A stretch of DNA of 64,000 bases from an uncultured Gammaproteobacteria bacterium (lineage in GTDB: Bacteria > Patescibacteriota > Microgenomatia > Levybacterales > UBA12049): the NCBI GenBank assembly GCA_964521295.1, contig CAZFRF010000001.1:206146-270145 (forward strand), in the 5' to 3' direction. Of the stretch, positions 9,863 to 20,317 are shown in pieces. Both the position numbers and the translations under genes were made by a program. The notes beneath the pieces were generated by a model. The model saw nothing but the letters and a program-made list of their open reading frames with translations. It did not search any database and was not told where the DNA came from. Numbering within the stretch: the stretch's first letter is position 1; every line of letters begins with the position of its first letter.

Positions 9863-11621
9863 CTATAGTTCCTCCTATTAAAAATTGAATATTTAAGAAA
9901 AATGGAACAATCTGAATATTCTTATATATACTTTGATTGTTAACTGCAATTCTAATTGTATCTGATAATTTTGTCAAAAAATCTGTCTTGTTAAATTCAA
10001 TTGGTATTTCAATTGATCCATAAGGTGGGAGTTTTGTAATCTGAATTGCTTGATTGTTTGGAGTTAGATTATCAGCAAATACGGTTAATTCATTTGCAGT
10101 AAATGCTCTGCCACTTGTATTTTGAATTGTAACATTTCCCTTAATAGGTAATCCTGCTGTTTGAATGGTATTTAGATTAATTGTAGTTTTAACTTCTACA
10201 TTTTTAGGAGTAAATTCAGGGGTAATTTCAACATTTACATCTTTTGAATTTAAATCTTTTTCAAACTTATAGCCTCCTGCGGGTACAGGGTAATTACTTT
10301 TTGTCCCATTAATTGCAAATGTAAAATGATCAAAATCAAGTGTGTTAAAGTAATCAACGCCATTCGTTGTATTTCCCCAAGTAGGATCAATCATTACCCA
10401 GGTGTTTTTAGTTGAGTCATAATATTGAGGCCAGGCGTGTAGAATGTCTTTAACAAGAGACAATGGTCTTTGTCCAGAATTATCTGTGTAGGCATAGCCA
10501 CTAACTGCTCTAGCTGGAATACCCGCTGCTCTAGCAAGAGTTACAAATAGATCTGTAAATTCTAAGCAAACAGCTGAATTTGGATTTTCTAGTGTTTTAA
10601 TTGCACCAAGTCGTGGGCTATTTGATTCGATTCTTGAGAAATCATATTTCAAAGTATCAACAATATAGTTATAGATTGCTTCAGGAGTTTTTAAATTTTT
10701 AGCTAATTCTTTAATTTTTGGGTCATTAGTTTGCCAAAAATCTGCGCTTTTTAAATATTCAGCTTTTTGAGCTGGATCAAGAGCTTCAGTTTTGGGATGT
10801 AAATAGATTTTAGCTTGTCCTAATACTTTAATATTTACTTTTTTCGAAGGAGCAAGGGTATATTGAGCAAGCCAATTGCCATCTTTATCGCTGTATACAT
10901 TGTCGGGTTTAGGATAAATCTGATCAATAGAAATTTCTTGGTAGTTGGTATCTGGTGGCAGGGCGATTTCGGTTTTAACTTTAAACAAATTTGTATTTTG
11001 TAGATGATAGGTTAAATTAAAGCTATAAACTTGAAAATCTCCGAAAGCTAAAGAAATACCTGAATCTCCTAGCTCGTCTTTACTAAAGTTGATTTCGTTT
11101 TCGGTTGCATTTTCAAGCGCATTCGTTATTTGAGGTTTAATAAAAGTTGGCTTACCAAGTTTGGCTGGATATTTAACTTTGACATTGAAATGGGAAAAAT
11201 CATTGTCACTTGATATTCCTGGAATATTAACGTCCCAGACGTTGTGCAAATCAGATGCAATTTCTCTAGTTATAAAGCTAACATTAAAAGTTAGTTTCTT
11301 ATTTAATCCAACTACTCTACTGTTAAAGGGAATTGTTAATAAGCTACCCGTGTCTGTTTGTTTAACAGTAGCATTTATTTTTCCATCATTGTCCGTTGCT
11401 GTCAAATTACGAATGTCTTTAAATCCAACCTGAAGACTATATGAAGAGGCATAATAATTTTCGGTGGTATTGGTTAGGCTGACATTTAAATTAACTGTTG
11501 TGTCTGAAGAATTGCCAATATTATAAGTAACATTATAATCAGTTGAAAATTTATCAGCTGCAAATGATTTAGGGGTTAGGAAAACAAATAATAAGAAAAT
11601 AATTAAGAGTATTTTCTTCAT
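9738..11621 (-). CDS. Secreted/membrane-anchored transglutaminase-like domain protein
   Basis: Signal peptide, catalytic triad motifs AVCLEF, LHAWPQ, IDPTWG; C-terminal TM. Confidence 0.88.
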   Translation of the reverse strand: MKKILLIIFLLFVFLTPKSFAADKFSTDYNVTYNIGNSSDTTVNLNVSLTNTTENYYASSYSLQVGFKDIRNLTATDNDGKINATVKQTDTGSLLTIPFNSRVVGLNKKLTFNVSFITREIASDLHNVWDVNIPGISSDNDFSHFNVKVKYPAKLGKPTFIKPQITNALENATENEINFSKDELGDSGISLAFGDFQVYSFNLTYHLQNTNLFKVKTEIALPPDTNYQEISIDQIYPKPDNVYSDKDGNWLAQYTLAPSKKVNIKVLGQAKIYLHPKTEALDPAQKAEYLKSADFWQTNDPKIKELAKNLKTPEAIYNYIVDTLKYDFSRIESNSPRLGAIKTLENPNSAVCLEFTDLFVTLARAAGIPARAVSGYAYTDNSGQRPLSLVKDILHAWPQYYDSTKNTWVMIDPTWGNTTNGVDYFNTLDFDHFTFAINGTKSNYPVPAGGYKFEKDLNSKDVNVEITPEFTPKNVEVKTTINLNTIQTAGLPIKGNVTIQNTSGRAFTANELTVFADNLTPNNQAIQITKLPPYGSIEIPIEFNKTDFLTKLSDTIRIAVNNQSIYKNIQIVPFFLNIQFLIGGTIVVSTIFGLSIIIAGYRHLPFFKRRRENNLLWESKKPQEESL

Positions 11622-11639
11622 TAATCCTATTATATACGA

Positions 11640-14525
11640 TTAACTGAGTCTTTTGCTTAAAAATTTACCAGTATATGATCTTGGGTTTGCGGCAATGTCT
11701 TTGGGAGAACCAATTGCTACAATTTCTCCACCCTTGGCTCCACCTTCTGGTCCTAGGTCAATAATATGATCAGCGTTTTTAATAACTTCTAAGTTGTGTT
11801 CAATAACTACAACTGTATTACCAAGGTCCACTAATTTTCGTAAAACATCGAGTAATTTCTCTAAATCAGCAAAGTGCAAACCAGTTGTTGGCTCGTCTAA
11901 GAGATAAAGCGCATTTTGACCCTTTTTAGAAAGTTCGGCTGCAAGTTTTACTCTTTGTGCTTCTCCACCGGAAAGAGTTGGAGCTGATTGTCCAAGTTTA
12001 ATGTATGATAATCCAACATCATTTAATGTTCTTAATTTATGTGCCAAAACAGGAACATTCATAAAAAAGTTTACAGCTTCCCCAACGCTCATAGCAAGTA
12101 CATCGGCAATGCTTTTACCGTTATATTTTATTTGCAATGCATCTTCGTTATATTGCAGTCCATTACACACTTCACAGGTTACATACACATCTGGTAAAAA
12201 TTGCATCTCAATTTTAATTTTACCTTCTCCTTCGCAGGCCTCACATCTACCACCTTTTACGTTAAATGAAAACCTACCAGGACCGTAGCCTTTAATTTTG
12301 GCTTCTTTGGTTTTAGCAAATAAATCTCTAATATAATTAAATGCTCCTATATAGGTTGCAGGATTACTTCTGGGTGTTCTTCCAATTGGAGATTGATCAA
12401 TCATGTAAATATTTTTGATATTTTCAAATCCAGACATAGTTTTATACTTTCCTGGTTTTTGTCTATGATATGGGTTATTTTTCTGCATTAAAGCGTGATA
12501 CAAAATATCATTTATAAGAGTTGATTTTCCACTTCCAGAAACCCCTGTAACTAAAACCAATTTGTGAAGTGGAATTTTAATTGTTACATTTTTTAAATTG
12601 TGTTCTGTTGCACCTTCAAGTACGAGATTGTCAACTGACTCATTTTCTTGCTTATCCTTATTAGATGCAGATTTGATTACTTTTTTGCCTGACAAATATT
12701 GTCCGGTTACTGAGTTTGGATCTTTTTTAAGTTCTGCTACTGTTCCATGGGCGATAATCTTACCACCGTTTTCGCCTGCTGCTGGACCAAAGTCAAAAAT
12801 ATAATCTGATTCTTCCATTGTTTCTTCGTCGTGTTCAACTACTAAAACAGTGTTGCCTAAATCTCTTAATTTTTTAAGAGTATCAATTAGTTTTTGATTA
12901 TCTCTTTGATGTAATCCAATTGATGGCTCATCTAAAACATATAAAACACCAGTTAAGCCACTACCAATTTGAGAAGCCAGTCTGATTCTCTGCGCTTCTC
13001 CTCCAGCTAAAGTTTGTGCGCTTCGAGAAAGTGTTAAGTAATCAAGTCCAACGTCGATTAAAAAAGAAAGTCTTTGTTTAATTTCTTTAAAAATAAGCTT
13101 AGAAATAAGTTGTTCTCTTTCACTTTGATTTTTAAAAGTTAAGTCGATAAAATCTAAAGCTTGCGAGATTGGTAGATCTGCAACTTCAACAATTGATTTA
13201 TTCTCAATAGTTACTGATAATGCTTCTTTTTTAAGTCTTGCTCCGTTGCACTCTGGGCAAAGTTCGTTACGCATAAATTTTTCAATTAAAGAGCGCATAA
13301 ACATAGAATCTGATTCTAGATGTCTTTTTCTTAAATCCGCTAGAATTCCTGAGAAACTTTCAGTAATTGTTGTTTGTCTTCCCCATCTATTTTCACCCTC
13401 TACTAAATATTGTTTGGTTCCAGTGCCATTTAACAAAAGTTCTTTGTCTTGGATTTTCATTTCTCCTAGCTTTTTATTTAAGGGAATATTATTTTCTTCA
13501 CAAAATGTTCTAAAGGTTCTGGAAAACCAAGTGTCATGAGAGAGTAAATTAAAATATGGGGTTATTCCTCCTTCTGCAATTGTTAAGTTGTCATTAAAAA
13601 TTAAGTCCTTATCGACATTTAGAATAGTTCCCAAGCCGTTACAGGTAGGGCATGCGCCATGAGGAGTATTGAATGAGAAAATTCTTGGTTCAACTTCAGC
13701 TATAAAGATATTGCAGATAGGACAGGCAAATTTCTCAGAAAAAAGTTGATCTTCCATTTTTTTAGGTTTGTCGGGAATTTCAAAACCTTCATCTTTTATC
13801 TCAGAAACAATTATTTCTCCATTTCCTAGCTTAAGTCCTTGTTCAACGTCAGTTGAAATTCTCGACTTATCTGTATCTTTAGTTAAAACAACTTGATCAA
13901 TTACAGCCTCAATTGTGTGCTTATTGGTTTTGATTAATACGAAGTCATCATCAGTATTAAAAATTTGTCCATCAACTCTAACCTTTTTGTAGCCGCGTTT
14001 TTTTAAGTCAACAAACAGCTCAACATATTCTCCTTTTCGATCTTTAACTATTGGTGCAAGTATTAAGAGTTTTAAATTTCTAGCATTTCGTTTATTTAAT
14101 AAATCAGTTACTGCGTTAGTTATTTGTTCTTTAGACATTCTAGTAATTTCCCTACCACAATTAGGACAATGTGGGTGGCCTACTCTGGCAAAAAGAAGTC
14201 TTAAATAATCATAAATTTCTGTTACAGTTCCAACTGTAGATCTAGGATTGTGGGATGTAGATTTTTGATCAATAGATATGGCTGGAGACAAGCCTTCAAT
14301 TAAATCCACATCTGGCTTTTTCATTACTCCTAAAAATTGCCTGGCATAGGAAGATAAACTTTCAACATATCTTCTTTGTCCTTCAGCATAGATTGTGTCA
14401 AAAGCAAGTGAAGATTTACCGCTTCCAGAAAGTCCTGTGAAAACAACAAGCTTTCCTTTTGGGATTTCTAAATCAATATTTTTGAGGTTATTTTCCCTTG
14501 CTCCTTTGACAATAATTTTATCCAT
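11640..14525 (-). CDS. uvrA: Excinuclease ABC subunit A
   Basis: Two ABC ATPase modules (GLSGSGKSS, GVSGSGKST), Zn fingers, LSGGEAQR. Confidence 0.98.
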   Translation of the reverse strand: MDKIIVKGARENNLKNIDLEIPKGKLVVFTGLSGSGKSSLAFDTIYAEGQRRYVESLSSYARQFLGVMKKPDVDLIEGLSPAISIDQKSTSHNPRSTVGTVTEIYDYLRLLFARVGHPHCPNCGREITRMSKEQITNAVTDLLNKRNARNLKLLILAPIVKDRKGEYVELFVDLKKRGYKKVRVDGQIFNTDDDFVLIKTNKHTIEAVIDQVVLTKDTDKSRISTDVEQGLKLGNGEIIVSEIKDEGFEIPDKPKKMEDQLFSEKFACPICNIFIAEVEPRIFSFNTPHGACPTCNGLGTILNVDKDLIFNDNLTIAEGGITPYFNLLSHDTWFSRTFRTFCEENNIPLNKKLGEMKIQDKELLLNGTGTKQYLVEGENRWGRQTTITESFSGILADLRKRHLESDSMFMRSLIEKFMRNELCPECNGARLKKEALSVTIENKSIVEVADLPISQALDFIDLTFKNQSEREQLISKLIFKEIKQRLSFLIDVGLDYLTLSRSAQTLAGGEAQRIRLASQIGSGLTGVLYVLDEPSIGLHQRDNQKLIDTLKKLRDLGNTVLVVEHDEETMEESDYIFDFGPAAGENGGKIIAHGTVAELKKDPNSVTGQYLSGKKVIKSASNKDKQENESVDNLVLEGATEHNLKNVTIKIPLHKLVLVTGVSGSGKSTLINDILYHALMQKNNPYHRQKPGKYKTMSGFENIKNIYMIDQSPIGRTPRSNPATYIGAFNYIRDLFAKTKEAKIKGYGPGRFSFNVKGGRCEACEGEGKIKIEMQFLPDVYVTCEVCNGLQYNEDALQIKYNGKSIADVLAMSVGEAVNFFMNVPVLAHKLRTLNDVGLSYIKLGQSAPTLSGGEAQRVKLAAELSKKGQNALYLLDEPTTGLHFADLEKLLDVLRKLVDLGNTVVVIEHNLEVIKNADHIIDLGPEGGAKGGEIVAIGSPKDIAANPRSYTGKFLSKRLS

Positions 14526-14587
14526 AGTCGAAGCTATATTATAGACTAAAAAATTAGATATGAAAAGAGTAGTAGTTGAGCTAAGGC

Positions 14588-16204
14588 TTATTTTGCGTAG
14601 GCTTGACTTAAAGCTCCAGCGGACTGAGTCACCTCAATAATATTATCAGCGTCTCTTGCATGGAGAACAGCAATTGATTCTGCTCTTTGAAAAACTAGTC
14701 CAATAGCGAGTTGTCCTCTAAGTCTTGATATCTCACTAGTCATTGATGGAACACTGGTTCCTAAGTCTCTTACACCGGTTTCACCTTCAACATATTTTGG
14801 CCTACCTACGGCATCAATAGAGTCTTTGAACCATTTAGCAGAAACTGAAGCTTCTCCTCCGTAAACCATATAATATTCGCCATTTAATTCAAAAACATAT
14901 TTTCCGCCTAAGCCTTCCCAACTTCTACCTAATTCTCCTGGCTTGGAGACAAACGATGCGCCCAGAGCAAAGGCAGTAATAATATTTGTACCTACTCCTC
15001 CACCTTCAACTCCAACAGGAATACCAATTTCACCACGTCTTAGATCATATAAAAGATTAGGAGTATTAACTGGAATATTGGCATTAACTGAGGTTGTGCA
15101 TTGACTTCCTCCTGCAACTCCAATGATTAATGCATCAGCTCCTGCTTGTTCAGATCTAAGTGCTGTTTTTGCATCCATGATTTGTCCACTAATAACTTTA
15201 ACGGTATCTTTGCCATTAAAAAGTCTCTTTATCTCTTTAGTCGTATGGACAATTTCCATTCCGCCTTCCGGGGAATAGACTCTAAACATTCTACAGCCAA
15301 CTTTATATAAAAGCTGAGCTCGTTTAATCGCTTTTGAATTGCTATTTACTCCATCAAAATCTGCTTCGACTGCAGCTCCAATATTATTTATCCAAGAGTT
15401 TCTAAGTGCAGAAAAGTATTGTTTTGTTAATTTGTCTTTATCTATTTTTTTGGAATTTAAACCTTGTAAGTCTGCAAATACTTTTAGATGCTCAAGCTTT
15501 GGTGTCATTTCTTTGGGAAGTTCTACTGTTTTTAAATAATTAATTATTTCTTTAATAAGTTCAGCTTGTTTTTCTGGATCTGACAAAAACTTGTCTCTAG
15601 ATACAAATGCCATACCATTAGACATGGCAATTGTGGCATAGCTTAAAAAGCTGCCGACATCTGGAACTGATCCTAGGGCAAAAGGAATTCTGGCTTGACC
15701 CATAATTACACTTTCGATTCCACTATCAATTCGTTTTCTACTTTGCCTACCATTAACTGGTTCTGGAGCTGTAATTTTTAGGTCGTCAAAGCTGGATACT
15801 TTACCATGGGCTTCTTGTCTATCCATAACTCTTGATCTTCCAGGAATGGGAGCTATAAAAGGATGATTTTTAGCAAGCTCTAATCTAAATAGAAATCTTT
15901 CGGGCATGTTCCAGCGAGTTAAATCATATGATCTTTGTTCTCTTATCTTTTGAACTTGGTTTTCAGGGATTTTAATCAGTTTTGCTCCTTTAGGAATGTA
16001 GGGTAAATCAAATGGACTTAGTCTAGGTAAATTGCCCATTAGGAAAGAATTTAAATTGAAATCCTCTTTAGTAATTTCTGGTTGTAGATCTTCTGGGATG
16101 TAGTTTTTAAGAAGCTCTAGGCTTTCTTCCACTTTTTTAGCTACAGGAGTTCTTGGGTGTTCTTCTGGAAAAGGAATAAAAGATGATAACTGTTTTCCTT
16201 TCAT
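14588..16204 (-). CDS. Divergent IMP dehydrogenase/GMP reductase-family protein
   Basis: IGVAGGSQCTT (cf. GIGPGSICTT), VEGGG (cf. DGGI), AFALGASFV, YGGEAS, YVEGETG. Confidence 0.7.
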   Translation of the reverse strand: MKGKQLSSFIPFPEEHPRTPVAKKVEESLELLKNYIPEDLQPEITKEDFNLNSFLMGNLPRLSPFDLPYIPKGAKLIKIPENQVQKIREQRSYDLTRWNMPERFLFRLELAKNHPFIAPIPGRSRVMDRQEAHGKVSSFDDLKITAPEPVNGRQSRKRIDSGIESVIMGQARIPFALGSVPDVGSFLSYATIAMSNGMAFVSRDKFLSDPEKQAELIKEIINYLKTVELPKEMTPKLEHLKVFADLQGLNSKKIDKDKLTKQYFSALRNSWINNIGAAVEADFDGVNSNSKAIKRAQLLYKVGCRMFRVYSPEGGMEIVHTTKEIKRLFNGKDTVKVISGQIMDAKTALRSEQAGADALIIGVAGGSQCTTSVNANIPVNTPNLLYDLRRGEIGIPVGVEGGGVGTNIITAFALGASFVSKPGELGRSWEGLGGKYVFELNGEYYMVYGGEASVSAKWFKDSIDAVGRPKYVEGETGVRDLGTSVPSMTSEISRLRGQLAIGLVFQRAESIAVLHARDADNIIEVTQSAGALSQAYAK

Positions 16205-16299
16205 ATAAATCCAAAAGGTATTCTACACCATATTTTTGGGTAAATCTATAAGATTTTTAAATCTTGAAAACTTAGGCTAAAACACCTATATTCTTTGCA

Positions 16300-17241
16300 G
16301 TGAGAAGACGCAGAAAATCCAATTTTGGCAAACTAATTTTTTTTCTTTTTGTAGTAATATTATTACTTTTTGGATTATTTAAAATTAATGGTAATAATAA
16401 AATGCAATTGGCCAGTGGCGTTTCGTCTCCGTTAAGTAAAACTGCTGTTTTGGGTGAAAGTGTTAAAACAAATATTTTTGCAAATGACTTGGAAAATTAT
16501 CTTAAAAAAATTAAAAGTGTTGATTTAGATAATCAAGGAATTGTTGCAATCAATCTGAAAACCGGAGAGGAAGCAAAACTTAACTCGACAAAAGTATTTC
16601 CAGCAGCGAGTTTATATAAACTGTGGGTGATGGCAGTTGTTTATAAACAGATTGAGTCTGGAAACTTATCTTTAAAAACAAATCTTACCAAAACAGTTAG
16701 TGAGCTAAATGCTGAATTTAATTTAGATAAAGATACAGCTGAAAAATCTAGCGGAACAATCTCAGAAACAGTTGAAGAAGCATTAACTAAAATGATTACA
16801 GTATCTGATAACTACTCCGCCCTCTTATTAGTAGACTTGGTGGGAATAAATAGTATTAAAAAGTTTTTAATTGAAAATGGCCTAAATAATTCTCATGTTT
16901 CTCAAAATGGAAATCTTCCTGAGACTACTGCTTATGATACAGCTCTTTTTTTCTACAAACTTTACAATGGAGAGCTTGCCAACAGCGTTACAAGCGTCTC
17001 TATGATTACCTTGCTCAAGAAACAAGTACTTAATGAGAAAATCCCCAATTATTTGCCTAAAAGCCTTATAATAGCCCACAAGACAGGTGAAATTGATAAC
17101 TACAGTCATGACGCTGGCATTATCTATACGCCTGATACGAGATATATTTTAGTAGTTCTTGCTAAATCATCCTCAAGAGATGCTGCCAATGAAGATATTG
17201 CTGAAATTTCTAAAAGAGTCTATGAATATTTTGAAAGATAG
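16300..17241 (+). CDS. Class A beta-lactamase-like serine hydrolase (membrane-anchored)
   Basis: SLYK (SxxK), SDN, HKTG motifs; N-terminal TM. Confidence 0.9.
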   Translation: MRRRRKSNFGKLIFFLFVVILLLFGLFKINGNNKMQLASGVSSPLSKTAVLGESVKTNIFANDLENYLKKIKSVDLDNQGIVAINLKTGEEAKLNSTKVFPAASLYKLWVMAVVYKQIESGNLSLKTNLTKTVSELNAEFNLDKDTAEKSSGTISETVEEALTKMITVSDNYSALLLVDLVGINSIKKFLIENGLNNSHVSQNGNLPETTAYDTALFFYKLYNGELANSVTSVSMITLLKKQVLNEKIPNYLPKSLIIAHKTGEIDNYSHDAGIIYTPDTRYILVVLAKSSSRDAANEDIAEISKRVYEYFER

Positions 17242-18655
17242 ATTATTAATTTTGGCTTCAGTAATTTCGTTTATTTTCTTTATTGCTTTTGCTTTAGATT
17301 TATCCCCAATATTAAGAGGACCAACGGATCCAATTTTTGAATCACATTGGCCATATTATTTTGTAAACACAGTCAGTAAAATCTGGTTTCCTTTATTTAC
17401 ATCAGTACTCATTCTAGTTTTTTATCTAATTTTTGAAACAAGAATAAATAAATTAAATTTAAAAAAAGAATTGTTATTTTTAGGAGCTATAATTATTCTT
17501 TTATTTGTCTTTCAGTTGTCTTTGGTTTATTTTAGCCGTTTTGGGATAGGAATTCTTTTTAGAAGAATTGCTGATCCAGGAATTAATGGATATTTTACTG
17601 CAGCGCTGCATATACAAGGAGTATCAGATTTCTTATTTCAGTATCCTCGTCTTTTAATAACATCACTTCCTCAGCACTCAAGAGGTGATCCGCCCGGACC
17701 AATTCTATTTTTTTATTTAATTATTAACTTTTTTAAAGCGTACCCATTTTTATATGAAGGAATAATTAATAATTTAAATAGTAGCGTTAATGATTCCAAA
17801 GCTTTATGGGTAAGTCTACAAGATTATCAAAAATTCTCAGCTTTATTTTTAGGTTTTTTCATGCATTTTATCTCTGCAGCTGTCTTAATTCCTTTTTACT
17901 TTCTTTTAAAAAACTTAACCACTAAAATAGTAGCCTTAAGAGGTGTTTTAATCTTTGGTTTAATGCCAAGTTTTACTTTTTTCCCACTGTTTTTTGATCC
18001 TTTTTATGTTTTATTTCCCATACTTACATTTTTATTTTTAGTCTTAGGGTTTAAAGGAGAAAATTATAAGTATTACTTCTTGGCAGGTCTAAGTTTATCT
18101 ATTGGTTTATTTTTTAATTTAGCCTTTTTACCCTTATTTTTATTTTTAGCAATACTTTTTGTATTTATTAAATTGAAAGAAAGAATAAAAATCTTACTTA
18201 GTTTTAGTTTCGGACTTATCGTTGTCCCCTTCTTACTGTTATTTGTTGGCTATAATTCTTTATATTCAGGGTTAGTTTTACTTCAATCACAAACTCCAAG
18301 ATCATATTTTGAATGGGTAATTTACAACCCTTATGATGTGTTTGTTTTTATGGGGATTCCTGTAACACTACTTTTTATATATGTTAGCTATAAAATATAT
18401 AAAACTGAGAAATTTATCTATCTAAAAAAAATCTTAATTGCATTTTGGATTATGTTTGTAGCTCTTGTTTTATCTGGGACTAGTCGAGGTGAAGTTGGTA
18501 GGATATGGATTTTTTTAATGCTTATTCCAGTTGGAATACTTTCTTATTTTTTAACAGAAAAACTGAATTATTCAAAAGCTAAAATCTCTTGGCTTTTAAT
18601 ACTACTAATTATCCAATGTCTAGTGTTAGAAGAATTTTGGGTCCCTATTTGGTAA
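17222..18655 (+). CDS. Polytopic membrane protein, GT-C glycosyltransferase-like
   Basis: Many TM helices, HSRGDPPGPILF loop, GEVGRIWIF motif. Confidence 0.65.
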   Translation: MNILKDRLLILASVISFIFFIAFALDLSPILRGPTDPIFESHWPYYFVNTVSKIWFPLFTSVLILVFYLIFETRINKLNLKKELLFLGAIIILLFVFQLSLVYFSRFGIGILFRRIADPGINGYFTAALHIQGVSDFLFQYPRLLITSLPQHSRGDPPGPILFFYLIINFFKAYPFLYEGIINNLNSSVNDSKALWVSLQDYQKFSALFLGFFMHFISAAVLIPFYFLLKNLTTKIVALRGVLIFGLMPSFTFFPLFFDPFYVLFPILTFLFLVLGFKGENYKYYFLAGLSLSIGLFFNLAFLPLFLFLAILFVFIKLKERIKILLSFSFGLIVVPFLLLFVGYNSLYSGLVLLQSQTPRSYFEWVIYNPYDVFVFMGIPVTLLFIYVSYKIYKTEKFIYLKKILIAFWIMFVALVLSGTSRGEVGRIWIFLMLIPVGILSYFLTEKLNYSKAKISWLLILLIIQCLVLEEFWVPIW

Positions 18656-18694
18656 CTACTTGCAAATTAATTTTTAACTCTTTAATATAAATAC

Positions 18695-19114
18695 ATGGAA
18701 TTAAATTATTTAGGAATTATTGTAGCTACAGTTGCTCAATTTGTTTTTGGTTGGATTTGGTATGGACCAATTTTTGGGAAAATTTGGGGTCAAATTCATG
18801 GTTTCGATAAACTCTCTAAAGAAGTTCAACAGCAAATGATGAAGGAAATGGCTCCCTTTTATGGACTTCAGCTATTGGTAACAGTTATTACAACCACTGC
18901 CTTGTCAGTGATGCTTACAAGTCTTCCCAGTTGGAATACATATATTCTTGCTGGAGTCTTATGGTTAGGATTTGTATTACCAACTCAAGTAAGTGCAGTA
19001 GTTTTTGGTGGGACAGATAAAAAATGGATGTTTCCTAAAATTGCTATTCAATCAGGAGCAGCTTTAGCTTGTATAATGATCGCCTCTTTGGTTTTAAATC
19101 TCCTTAAATTCTAA
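18695..19114 (+). CDS. DUF1761-family membrane protein
   Basis: GWIWYGPIFGKIW motif, 4 TM. Confidence 0.8.
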   Translation: MELNYLGIIVATVAQFVFGWIWYGPIFGKIWGQIHGFDKLSKEVQQQMMKEMAPFYGLQLLVTVITTTALSVMLTSLPSWNTYILAGVLWLGFVLPTQVSAVVFGGTDKKWMFPKIAIQSGAALACIMIASLVLNLLKF

Positions 19115-19157
19115 TTTTTTTACTCTTTTTGTAGAAATAATGTAAAATACCAATATT

Positions 19158-19364
19158 GTGATAAGCAAGATTTATAATAATGTACAAAATTATCGTACAA
19201 AAAGTAAGATTACTCAGGAAGAGCTTGCAAAAGCAGTTGATGTAACAAGGCAAACAATTATAGCAATTGAAAAAGGAAACTATACCCCATCAGTATTGCT
19301 TGCTTTAAAAATTGCAAAATATTTCAACACAACAGTTGATAAATTGTTTACAATAGAAGGATAA
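19158..19364 (+). CDS. XRE-family HTH regulator
   Basis: [27 protein letters not shown]. Confidence 0.92.
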   Translation: MISKIYNNVQNYRTKSKITQEELAKAVDVTRQTIIAIEKGNYTPSVLLALKIAKYFNTTVDKLFTIEG

Positions 19365-19366
19365 AT

Positions 19367-19720
19367 ATGATAATCGAAACTATAAGTGCATTAGTAATAA
19401 TAGGAATTGCAATAATTTTTTTAAATCCTGGCCATTTAACAATGCCAGACACTATGGTATCAATGCTAATTATCGGAATAATAATTGCATTTTTAACATT
19501 TGCAGCCTTTCTTTTTCGCGAAAGATCATCGGATGAAAGAGAGTCAGTGCATATTCTTACTGCAGGTAGAATTTCGTATCTAGTAGGCGTTGGAACTTTA
19601 ATTACCGGTATTATTCTTCAAGCCTTAAAGCATGAAATTGATCCTTGGCTTGTAATAGTATTGTGTTCGATGATAGTTGCCAAATTAACTTCGAGAATTT
19701 ACTCCCAGATTAAAATGTAA
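19367..19720 (+). CDS. Small membrane protein (DUF2178-like)
   Basis: 4 TM with DERE motif, coupled to the XRE gene. Confidence 0.7.
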   Translation: MIIETISALVIIGIAIIFLNPGHLTMPDTMVSMLIIGIIIAFLTFAAFLFRERSSDERESVHILTAGRISYLVGVGTLITGIILQALKHEIDPWLVIVLCSMIVAKLTSRIYSQIKM

Positions 19721-19764
19721 AGTCTACTTGACATTTGTTTTTCAATCAATTACCCTATTTATAA

Positions 19765-20298
19765 GTGATGAAAAACTCAAAAATAATTATACCTTTCTTT
19801 CTAATATTAGTCGTGCTTGCTGTAGGTGCGTATATGCTTTTGCAAAACAATATTGTTTCAGAAAGTATGGTTAAATCAGACGAAATGTCTGCAGATAAAG
19901 ATTTAATGAGTAATTCTAAAAAAGATGAAGCAATGATGAAGGATGAGTCAGAAAAAATGGACAGCGCAATGCAAGAGTCGCGCTATGTTGAATATGATCA
20001 GGCAGCTTTAGCTAATAATGAAAATAAACGTAGAGTCCTTTTTTTCTATGCAAACTGGTGTCCAACTTGCCGCCCAGCAGATGCAAACTTTAAAACAAAT
20101 ATAGATAAAATCCCAGACGATGCAATCTTAATTCGTGTTAATTATAAAGATAGTGAGACAGATCAGCAGGAAAAAGACTTAGCTGAGCTGTATGGCATTA
20201 CCTATCAACATACTTTTGTTCAGATAGATGAACAGGGAAAAGAAATTGCAAAATGGAATGGTGGACAAATAGTTGAGTTCTTAGCGAATATAAAATAA
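19765..20298 (+). CDS. Membrane-anchored thioredoxin-like protein
   Basis: WCPTC motif, N-terminal TM, Met-rich linker. Confidence 0.88.
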   Translation: MMKNSKIIIPFFLILVVLAVGAYMLLQNNIVSESMVKSDEMSADKDLMSNSKKDEAMMKDESEKMDSAMQESRYVEYDQAALANNENKRRVLFFYANWCPTCRPADANFKTNIDKIPDDAILIRVNYKDSETDQQEKDLAELYGITYQHTFVQIDEQGKEIAKWNGGQIVEFLANIK

Positions 20299-20317
20299 TT
20301 TACATTAAGTTTTATTA

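Noticed and set aside
12001-13539. Short antisense ORFs inside uvrA (and similar ones inside other long genes)
   Set aside because: Shadow ORFs opposite well-supported genes, with no motifs
16300-17241. Acquired beta-lactam resistance gene
   Set aside because: Membrane-anchored class A-like serine hydrolase without mobile context; more likely a cell-wall enzyme
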